A stretch of 64,000 nucleotides of DNA, taken from the NCBI GenBank assembly GCA_965224705.1, contig OZ245056.1, forward strand, positions 544,001 through 608,000, given 5' to 3'. The notes beneath the pieces were generated by a model that was not told where the DNA came from, searched no databases, and was given only the letters and a program-made list of their open reading frames with translations. Position 1 is the first letter of the stretch. Every line of letters begins with the position of its first letter. The position numbers were made by a program, and so were the translations under genes. Shown here in pieces: positions 10,101 to 17,386 of the stretch. Source of the DNA: Spirochaetaceae bacterium. Lineage in GTDB: Bacteria > Spirochaetota > Spirochaetia > DSM-2461.

Positions 10101-11878
10101 TTCCCCAGTTTCTTCTCCAGGAGCTGCCGCATCTTTCCATCCGAAAGGAGCAGTATTTCCATGGCCCGGTAGTCCCCCTGTTCAGCATCGGAGCGATAAA
10201 GGCCTCGCAGGAAACCGGCCTGCTTGTAAATCGTTTCAAAGTGATGACTCCGGCAGGAAATTACCGTCTTTACCTTTGACTCATCCCGCGTTTTCTCGGA
10301 CGGAAACACCTTCATCAGTTCGCCTAGAAAACGGTCCTGCCTGTCGTCGGTATAGTAGACTAGCTTTTCATCCAGGCCGTCAAATATGGGAAGAACCCGT
10401 CCCTGTCTGACATCTTCAATAACCTTTTTCGGCACGGCCCGAACCTCATGCTTTCGCAGCACCATTGCAATCATTTCGTTTAGAAGGGGAAGGCGTTTCG
10501 TGACTATGCCGTCTTTTATCTCTTCAACAAAGGTCTGTACCTCGCGTAAATCCATGTACAGGGGAATCGGCAGGGAAGAATCGTTTTTGCGTGCTTCCAC
10601 CAGATGCTGGGCAAAAATACGGCAATTGAAGGTTTTGCCCATGCCGTAGTCGCCCAGTATTGTGTAAACGGGTTCCTTGCCATCTTTTGCCCAGCTCAGC
10701 ATGTCGGGAACCAGTTCCCTGGATGGCCTTGACTGCCTTTCCTCATTGCCATCCTCTCTGTGGCGTCGTTTTTGTTCTGCCAGAAAGACTTTTTCCGTTG
10801 GGCTTAACATCAAAGTGCGTTGTGCCTCGGAACTTACAAATTTTTCGGGAGAGTAATCTGGGTTGTTCTTATCTTTGCATTTTTCTAATTCTTTGTTCCG
10901 GGTTTTTTCACGCTCTTCTCTCTGTACCATGACTTCCTGAATATTCTTAATCAAACCATCGACAAATCGTTCCTGGAAATTGTCGGATTCGCATTTTCCC
11001 CAAAAAGCATCGGGATCAAGTCCCTGCTGATAGTACGTGTGGATCGTCACTATTTTTCTGGTATTTTTTTTCCAGCCGGGAATCTTTCCTTTGAACCCCC
11101 TTTTCATAAGAGCAAAAAATTCTGAAGGTGTTTTTACGCGACCATCCCACTTGGAATCCAGTCCGGCCACAAGGAGCTTGTCGTTCTGAAGCAGATAAGG
11201 GAATTCCTCTTCTGCAATGAATCGGCTGTCGAGGAAGGCCTGGGATAGGCAGGCCAGGCCAAAATCGGCTTCAGCCATCTTCTCCCTAATCTGTACCGCA
11301 AAATCCCGGCCCGGCAGCAGATGAGGCATTCGCCAAATACGGATGGGCCTTTTGGTACCCTTGCTTCGCTCCTCCAGTATCCGAGTAAGATCCCTGACTA
11401 ATCTGTTGTCCTCATAGGCATAGCTGAGAAACAATTTCAAGTCATTCTTGCCCAGGGGTTTGTCGTCCACATTCGAAACGTCATTGAAAACGAATTGTTC
11501 GCTGTTATACTGCCGGTTGGCATCCAGTAAGTTGCCAATCGGTTCGGAAGGGGCCTCAATGCTTATGCATCCGGGATTGGAAGCGGTTTTCTGATGGGTG
11601 ATTATCTTTAGGGATTCCAGCACATCCTTCAAACCTCTGTCTTCCTGATTACCGGCGGCCGTTTTAATGGCTTCTCTAACCCGCCTGAGAAAGTTCCGGA
11701 AACTGCCGCCGGGGTTCTTCGCGTTGGCATAGATTTCCTGCACAGCCCGTTCGGTTTCCACCTTTCCGTCTTCAAGCAGGCGGACCAGCTTGTTCAGATT
11801 TTTAGAATCGGTCTTTCCCAACTCGTTAAGGCTAAGGAATTCGTCTATCACTTTTTCTATGGAAGTCATAAAAACCAT
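7127..11878 (-). CDS. NLR-like TIR-NACHT-(pentapeptide-like)-WD40 protein
   Basis: TIR (LFLSYAYED..SQAFLDSRFIAEEE), Walker A GDYGMGKT, Walker B IFDGLDE, wHTH FGFTHSSMQEYF and 14 WD40 repeats. The start may instead be ATG 11869, which has a GAGG RBS. Confidence 0.92.
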   Translation of the reverse strand: MVFMTSIEKVIDEFLSLNELGKTDSKNLNKLVRLLEDGKVETERAVQEIYANAKNPGGSFRNFLRRVREAIKTAAGNQEDRGLKDVLESLKIITHQKTASNPGCISIEAPSEPIGNLLDANRQYNSEQFVFNDVSNVDDKPLGKNDLKLFLSYAYEDNRLVRDLTRILEERSKGTKRPIRIWRMPHLLPGRDFAVQIREKMAEADFGLACLSQAFLDSRFIAEEEFPYLLQNDKLLVAGLDSKWDGRVKTPSEFFALMKRGFKGKIPGWKKNTRKIVTIHTYYQQGLDPDAFWGKCESDNFQERFVDGLIKNIQEVMVQREEREKTRNKELEKCKDKNNPDYSPEKFVSSEAQRTLMLSPTEKVFLAEQKRRHREDGNEERQSRPSRELVPDMLSWAKDGKEPVYTILGDYGMGKTFNCRIFAQHLVEARKNDSSLPIPLYMDLREVQTFVEEIKDGIVTKRLPLLNEMIAMVLRKHEVRAVPKKVIEDVRQGRVLPIFDGLDEKLVYYTDDRQDRFLGELMKVFPSEKTRDESKVKTVISCRSHHFETIYKQAGFLRGLYRSDAEQGDYRAMEILLLSDGKMRQLLEKKLGKEGALRVWNYIDGEEYLAALGRRPLLLSKLPDLLPSIQSIQSEGIPVNAAVFYEALIADVMDRDRKHVLKPRHKHRLLQDMALYFWKNSEQRMNIDNLNDWYQTWLRRDRNMFAQYETEGSEQLEKDLRNSTLLLRFGEDEFGFTHSSMQEYFLARKLLSQWIQDGYSLAKPVSRLTEKFIGEALVLLKDGERKKLHAQLAAYAARPEKSAHSPHQDALLLRIIRSAAEEGQPFEAFEKVHVFGADMSGEKLRGIGARKLVLTRCQMLLCRWQECRIDELELNETNINQSVWEECRVTRTEGKQDAQRLTCVNAKGPIPGLFAKRGSRIYPGRPMAPVSPLPYAKNHITWGHRGRIYSIAFSPDGRRLASGSDDKTLRLWSAQGECEAVLKGHSDRVRSVAFSPDGHRLASGSDDKTLRLWSAQGECEAVLKGHSDRVCNVAFSPDGRRLASGSFDGTLRLWSAEGECEVVLEGHSNWVWSVGFSPDGHRLASGSSDGTVRLWSAEGECEAVLEGHSDWVMSVAFSPDGRLLASGTSDGTVRLWSAEGECEGVLEGHRGGVSSVGFSPDGRLMVSGSDDASVRLWSAEGECEGVLEGHRGGVSSVGFSPDGRRLASGSDDGTVRLWSVEGECKAVLEGTSASVWSVGFSPDGRLASGSDDGTVRLWNSEGECKTVLEGHSARVLSVGFSPDGRLLASGSNDCTLRLWSAEGECKAVLEGHSNKVNSVAFSPDGRRLVSGSFDGTLRLWSVEGECEAVLEGHSVLVFSVAFSPDGRRLASGSSDKTLRLWSAEGDCLAVLEGHASSVLSVAFSPDGRRLASGSSDKTLRLWSAEGDCEAVLEGHASWVWSVAFSPDGRRLASGSADGTVRLWSARGECEGVLEGYADWVGSVAFSPDGRLLASGSDDGTQIIWALDRSLPSCIMSTNPDGQWWSLEIDENGRYTRLRGTELAWQRVWLRHKDGAASLDAVKGFQFVPSRHCLTGGTGNNGFS
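7365..9055 (-). repeat. Coding tandem array of 14 WD40 repeats (~123 bp / 41 aa)
   Basis: The unit GHxxxVxSVxFSPDGRRLASGSxDxTxRLWSAEGECEAVLE is repeated 14 times and is near-identical at DNA level. Confidence 0.95.
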
Positions 11879-12282
11879 CCTCGTAAGTCTAATCTAACCA
11901 GGGAGACAAGAAAACGTCAAGGAAATTTTTACAAATATTTCTAAATTTTTACATTTCTGCCCTTCGGATGGAGCGGTATCCAATGAGGTGGGATATGTAT
12001 AGCCGATTTTCCTTCCGATTTATCAAATGAGCGGCGAATCAATCTCTCAAAACGACTGTTTTTCATTCTTGTTGGAATAGAATTAGATACGATTGTCCGA
12101 CCCTATCTCCCCAATTTATGAAAGACGACACGCATTTTGTGGCAAGATAAGAGGACAGCCTGATAGGGATAAGCTAAGCTGTCAAGTTAATTGTCCATTT
12201 TTCTTATGAAATCTTGATCTTTTTATTTCATCTATGTAGCTTTAACCATGTTTAACCTAATGTAGCTGGATTTGTTTAAATT

Positions 12283-12492
12283 ATGAATGATGAAGTATAA
12301 CTGAAAATACGGACGAAAGTATTTGCTTTGGGCATGGTCAGAATGTTTGCCTAATTATATACAACTATTGAATCACAGGTGAGTGAAATTGTATCATTGC
12401 ATGATATGACCAAATTGCTGGATGAAACCAAGCAGCTTCCGGCAATTTTTACAAGAGTTTCCAAGCACCCAAAAAAGAGATTGAAACAATGA
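12283..12492 (+). pseudogene. Decayed four-helix-bundle (IVS protein/Avd-like, TIGR02436-like) gene
   Basis: One frame reads MNDEV*LKIRTKVFALGMVRMFA*LYTTIESQV|SEIVSLHDMTKLLDETKQLPAIFTRVSK. These are typical N- and C-terminal helices with the central part deleted and two TAA stops. Heptamer repeats flank it. Confidence 0.65.
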
Positions 12493-12740
12493 CAGATAAG
12501 AACACCAAAGACTCAAGCTTCATCCCTCAGACTTCATCCTTTACTGATCGCTGGTTGTCTGTAGATGAAATTGGAGACTATCTCGGGATCAAGAGGGATA
12601 CCGTTTATAAGTGGATAAACGAAAAAGATATGCCCGCTCATAAGATTGGCCGTCTTTGGAAATGCAAAAAAGACGCAGTTGATCAATGGGTGCGCAATGG
12701 CGGCGCTGATTCTTCAGATGAATCCGGCAAGGGAAAGTAA
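12489..12740 (+). CDS. Excisionase-like helix-turn-helix (HTH_17) DNA-binding protein
   Basis: DRWLSVDEIGDYLGIKRDTVYKWI..MPAHKIGRLWK. Confidence 0.9.
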   Translation: MTDKNTKDSSFIPQTSSFTDRWLSVDEIGDYLGIKRDTVYKWINEKDMPAHKIGRLWKCKKDAVDQWVRNGGADSSDESGKGK

Positions 12741-12773
12741 AGCGATATGATGGAAGGATAAACGGGCGACAAG

Positions 12774-15700
12774 ATGAAAATCCTGGACAATATAAATAAC
12801 CTTTGGGGAAATGACCTGAAGGAGACTCTTAAGCCAGGTGCAAAACTGAAAATTGCAGCCTCATGCTTTTCTATCTATGCATTTGAAGCCCTTAAAAAAG
12901 AGCTCGAAAAAATTGATTCGCTTGAGTTTATCTTTACGGCTCCGACGTTTGTTCCTAATGAAGTGACCGACAAGGTATCCAAAGAGCGTCGGGAATTTCA
13001 TATTCCGAAGCAGCAGCGTGAGCGAAATCTCTATGGCAGCGAGTTTGAAATACAGCTTAAAAACAAACTGACGCAACGTGCCATTGCCAAAGAATGCGCT
13101 GGCTGGATTAGACGCAAAGCCTGCTTTCGATCAAATTCCATAAAAGCACCGATGCAGCAATTTGCATGTTTAAATAAAGGCGATGCTGCTGCTGTATATA
13201 TGCCGCTTCATGGCTTTACAGCAGTCGATCTTGGCTACCAGCAAGGTAATGCCGTCTCGAATTTTATAAGCAAATTTGACGATGCTCCTTCAACGCAGAC
13301 ATGGCTGAATCTTTTTAATCAGATATGGAAAGATTCTTCAAAACTAAAAGATGTGACAGATGCCATTTGCACACATATCGAATCCGTTTATCAGGAGAAT
13401 CCTCCCGAAAAAATCTATTTTCTAATGCTCTATAACATCTTCAACGAGTTCCTTGAGGACCTGAATGAAGATCTCCTTCCAAATGATTTGACTGGATACA
13501 AAAACAGTGTTGTCTGGAATAAGCTGTTTAACTTCCAAAAGGATGCAGTAACCGGGATTATAAATAAGCTTGAGAACTTTAACGGATGCATTCTTGCAGA
13601 CAGTGTCGGGCTCGGTAAAACCTTTACTGCACTTGCAGTGATTAAATACTACGAACTACGCAATCGCTCAGTACTGGTTTTATCCCCGAAAAAACTTGCT
13701 GACAACTGGTTGAACTATAACCAAAACCTAAAAACAAATATTCTGGTTAAAGACCGTTTGAATTATGAGGTTCTTTGCCACACGGATTTACAGCGCACAA
13801 GTGGGGAATCTTTTGGAACACCGCTGGACAGAATTAACTGGGGCAATTATGATCTCGTGGTCATTGATGAGTCACACAATTTCAGAAACAACGATGCTTA
13901 CAAGGATAAGGAAACCCGATACCAAAAACTGATGAATTCTGTCATTAGAGATGGGGTTAAAACAAAAGTCTTAATGCTTTCTGCAACACCGGTCAATAAC
14001 AGATTCAATGACCTTAGAAACCAATTGGCATTGACATACGAGGGCGAGTCAGAAAAACTGAGTAGTAAATTAAGGACCGGAAAAAAAGTTGAAGAAATTT
14101 TCCGGCACGCACAGACTGTATTTAATTCATGGGCAAAGCTGCCAGCAGATAAACGCACAGCCAGAGCAATACTGGATGCTCTTGATTTTGATTTTTTTGA
14201 GCTGCTTGATAGCGTAACCATTGCCCGGTCCAGAAAACACATAGAAACTTTCTATGATACTGCGTATATCGGCAAGTTTCCTGTAAGACGCAAACCCATA
14301 TCTTTCCGCTGCCCACTGACTTCCCGTAAGGACGTCATGAGTTTTAATGAAATTTATGAACATCTAATGGAAATAAAGCAATCTGTTTATATTCCTATGT
14401 TATATGTTTTTGAAAGTAGAAAATCAAAATATGAAAACCTTAACGAAGGTAAAAAATATGATAGTCAGTTTTTGCAAGCTCAAGCAAACGGTATAAAAAA
14501 ACTCATGGCTACTAATCTACTCAAAAGATTAGAAAGCTCAGTAAATTCTTTCCGTATAACACTTAATACAATGAAAGAAAAAATTAAAGAAAAACTATCT
14601 GAAATTGATGAACTCAATAAGATTCAATTATCTTCTGTGATTAGTGACGATTGGGAAGATGAAGACACGGATGGTGTTTTGGAAACACAAGCAAATTCTA
14701 AAATCGAAATAGACCTTGCTGACATTGATTTAGAATCATGGAAAAGAGACTTAGAAGAAGACCAGACTCTGGTTGAATTACTCCATGAGGAAATGGAAAA
14801 AATATCTCCTGAAGATGACACCAAGCTCCAACACCTTAAATCTCACATTAAAAACAAAATCAAACAACCCATAAACTCTGGAAATAAAAAGATCATTATC
14901 TTTACGGCTTTCGCAGATACTGCGAGCTACCTTTACGACAACCTCTGTGATGAACTATTAAAAATTGGAATACACGCTGGAAAAATTACCGGAAAAGATA
15001 TTCCTAAAACCACACTGAGCCAATTGAACAAAAAACGGGGATATGGCTTTCAGTCTATCCTCACCCTTTTCTCCCCGATATCGAAAGAAAAAGCACTGAC
15101 TCTTCCTGAAGAGCACAGTGAAATTGACTTACTTATAGGTACGGACTGTATTTCTGAAGGGCAGAATCTACAGGATTGCGATTATCTAATCAACTACGAC
15201 ATTCACTGGAACCCTGTCCGTATTATTCAACGATTTGGGCGTATCGACCGTATCGGCTCCCCAAACGAATCCATCCAACTGGTTAACTACTGGCCTGATA
15301 TTTCTCTGGATGAATACATCAATCTGAAAGAGCGGGTGGAGAACAGGATGGTCATTGACGATGTTACGGCCACCGGAGACGACAATGTACTTTCGGGCCA
15401 GTCCAATGATGTCAGCTATCGAAAAGAACAGCTCCGCCGTCTTCAGGATGAAGTGATCGATCTTGAAGACCTGAAAACTGGTGTAAACATAACTGACCTC
15501 GGACTCAATGACTTCCGCATGGACCTAATCAACTATATCAAGAGCAACAGTGACTTAGATCATTTACCTAATGGACTCCACGCTATCGTCGCAGCCAATG
15601 AGAATATAGGGTTACAACCGGGAGTGATATTTACACTCCGGAATAGAAATTCGGGCGTCAACATCAATCAGCATAACCGGCTGCATCCGTATTATCTCAT

Positions 15701-16028
15701 CTACATCAACGACGATGGTCAGGTCATTACTGACCACACACAGGTCAAACAACTTTTGGACTTGGTACGAACAAGCTGCAAGGGGAAGGAAGTGCCTTTT
15801 ACTGATTTATGCTCTACCTTTAATCGTGAGACCAACGACGGAAGAAATATGCTGAAATATTCAGAACTTCTCGGCCAGGCAATCCGAACGATGATTGAGA
15901 TCAAAGAAGACAAGGATATCGACAGTCTGTTTTTAGGAACGAATACAACGGCATTGGTAGACACTATTCATGGACTGGATGATTTTGAACTGATTTCCTT
16001 CTTGGTCGTCAAGGAGGATACAACATGA
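12774..16028 (+). CDS. SNF2-related SF2 helicase associated with type III RM
   Basis: ILADSVGLGKT, VIDESHN, MLSATP, SEGQNLQ and QRFGRIDRIG motifs. The N-terminal region is PLD-like without an evident HxK motif. Confidence 0.9.
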   Translation: MKILDNINNLWGNDLKETLKPGAKLKIAASCFSIYAFEALKKELEKIDSLEFIFTAPTFVPNEVTDKVSKERREFHIPKQQRERNLYGSEFEIQLKNKLTQRAIAKECAGWIRRKACFRSNSIKAPMQQFACLNKGDAAAVYMPLHGFTAVDLGYQQGNAVSNFISKFDDAPSTQTWLNLFNQIWKDSSKLKDVTDAICTHIESVYQENPPEKIYFLMLYNIFNEFLEDLNEDLLPNDLTGYKNSVVWNKLFNFQKDAVTGIINKLENFNGCILADSVGLGKTFTALAVIKYYELRNRSVLVLSPKKLADNWLNYNQNLKTNILVKDRLNYEVLCHTDLQRTSGESFGTPLDRINWGNYDLVVIDESHNFRNNDAYKDKETRYQKLMNSVIRDGVKTKVLMLSATPVNNRFNDLRNQLALTYEGESEKLSSKLRTGKKVEEIFRHAQTVFNSWAKLPADKRTARAILDALDFDFFELLDSVTIARSRKHIETFYDTAYIGKFPVRRKPISFRCPLTSRKDVMSFNEIYEHLMEIKQSVYIPMLYVFESRKSKYENLNEGKKYDSQFLQAQANGIKKLMATNLLKRLESSVNSFRITLNTMKEKIKEKLSEIDELNKIQLSSVISDDWEDEDTDGVLETQANSKIEIDLADIDLESWKRDLEEDQTLVELLHEEMEKISPEDDTKLQHLKSHIKNKIKQPINSGNKKIIIFTAFADTASYLYDNLCDELLKIGIHAGKITGKDIPKTTLSQLNKKRGYGFQSILTLFSPISKEKALTLPEEHSEIDLLIGTDCISEGQNLQDCDYLINYDIHWNPVRIIQRFGRIDRIGSPNESIQLVNYWPDISLDEYINLKERVENRMVIDDVTATGDDNVLSGQSNDVSYRKEQLRRLQDEVIDLEDLKTGVNITDLGLNDFRMDLINYIKSNSDLDHLPNGLHAIVAANENIGLQPGVIFTLRNRNSGVNINQHNRLHPYYLIYINDDGQVITDHTQVKQLLDLVRTSCKGKEVPFTDLCSTFNRETNDGRNMLKYSELLGQAIRTMIEIKEDKDIDSLFLGTNTTALVDTIHGLDDFELISFLVVKEDTT

Positions 16029-16687
16029 GTTCGCTATACAACTTCCCAAAGGCAGCTGCATTGGGAAGGATGCTTGCCAAAAGTAAAATCTACGATCACG
16101 CCGCGCCGAGCAGCAAGGTAAAGGAGCTGTTCGTCAAGGAGGTTGAAAAGATCATCTGGTCACACAAACTCTCTCCGACAACGATTAACCTTCCAGCCAG
16201 TGATGGCGTCCAGGAGATTCAGGTTTTCTCCATACTATTAAGGACCGGGGAACTGTCGCAGGAAGTTCTGCACACAATAGACAAGGCAATACCTTCTCCC
16301 ATTCTGTTTGAATTGAAATATGGCGGTAAAACCAAATATGCCGCCAGTTACAAACGGCCCAGCGAGGTTGACAAAAAAAAGCGGGTGGTCAGCAGTTATT
16401 TCCTCTCCGACTGGATGAAGGAAGATGGTCCGGCATCCGAACTTCCGGTGCTGCTCAATATGGGCGCTCTTTATCAGTCGTTTTTGACAAGTCTCAGTCC
16501 TCTTTCTTTCCGGCAAGGGGAGAAGCTGGGCGACTTGGCCGCAAGAGTTGACCTGCTGCGTATCAAAGAACGCGAAGCTGAAAAGGTGGAGAGCCGGATA
16601 AAGAGGGAGAAGCAGTTTAATCGACGAGTGGAACTGAACCGCACATTGAATGTGTTGAAGGCTGAGATAGAAGAAATGAGAAGATGA
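16025..16687 (+). CDS. DUF4391 domain protein
   Basis: IDKAIPSPILF and a C-terminal coiled coil EKQFNRRVELN. It sits in its usual position between the helicase and mod. Confidence 0.85.
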   Translation: MSSLYNFPKAAALGRMLAKSKIYDHAAPSSKVKELFVKEVEKIIWSHKLSPTTINLPASDGVQEIQVFSILLRTGELSQEVLHTIDKAIPSPILFELKYGGKTKYAASYKRPSEVDKKKRVVSSYFLSDWMKEDGPASELPVLLNMGALYQSFLTSLSPLSFRQGEKLGDLAARVDLLRIKEREAEKVESRIKREKQFNRRVELNRTLNVLKAEIEEMRR

Positions 16688-17050
16688 ACCGCGAAAAGCG
16701 CGAAATACGCGAAAAGGTTTTGTTTTTTGATGAATGCTGTGTTATTCAGGGGGATGTTTTTTTTGTATAAAGAGATGGGGTGTGGCTTCCTGATAGAAGG
16801 ATTGAGAAGATGAACCGCGAAAAGCGCGAAATACGCGAAAAGGTTTTGTTTTTTGATGAATGCTGTGTTATTCAGGGGGATGTCTTTGATGTGTATAAAG
16901 AGAGATGGGGTGTGGCTTCCTGATAGAAGGAATGAGAAGATGAACCGCGAAAAGCGCGAAACACACGGAAAGGTTTTGTTTCCTGAGGAATCCTATGCCA
17001 TTCAGGGAGCTATCTTTGATGTGTATAAAGAGATGGGTTGTGGCTTCCTG
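16666..17050 (+). repeat. Tandem triplication (126/130-bp units) of the DUF4391 end plus GxxExxY 5' end
   Basis: GATAGAAG.A.TGAGAAGATGAACCGCGAAAAGCGCGAA starts at 16666, 16792 and 16922, and each unit ends TGTGGCTTCCTG. Confidence 0.93.
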
Positions 17051-17374
17051 GAGGCTGTCTATCAAGAATGTCTGGATAAGGAGTTGTCTAAACGAGACAT
17101 TCCGTTTCAACCGCAAGTAGAGCTTCAGCTTAATTATAAAGGTGAAAAGCTGAATCAGACCTATAAACCGGATTTTATCTGCTACGACAAAATCGTTGTT
17201 GAGATAAAAGCAGTAAAAGAACTGACATCTGAACATAAGGCGCAACTCTTAAACTACCTCAAAGCCACCGGGCTTGAATTAGGACTGCTCGTCAACTTTG
17301 GCAGCCACCCAAAAATTGAAATTATACGAATTGCTAATACAAACTTTCGCGATTTTCGCGCATTTCGCGGTTAA
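16940..17374 (+). CDS. GxxExxY protein (PD-(D/E)XK-like)
   Basis: GCGFLEAVYQECL, YKPDFIC..VEIKA, QLLNYLKAT and GLLVNFG. The real start is ATG 16940, because the longer ORF from 16853 reads through a repeat copy. Confidence 0.92.
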   Translation: MNREKRETHGKVLFPEESYAIQGAIFDVYKEMGCGFLEAVYQECLDKELSKRDIPFQPQVELQLNYKGEKLNQTYKPDFICYDKIVVEIKAVKELTSEHKAQLLNYLKATGLELGLLVNFGSHPKIEIIRIANTNFRDFRAFRG

Positions 17375-17386
17375 GGAGACACAAAA

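Noticed and set aside
12774..16028. DISARM or BREX call for the helicase
   Set aside because: The other core genes are absent, and the context is a helicase-DUF4391-mod-res type III locus.
16666..17050. Diverged copies as a DGR template/variable repeat pair
   Set aside because: Differences occur at C and G as well as A, and no reverse transcriptase is present.
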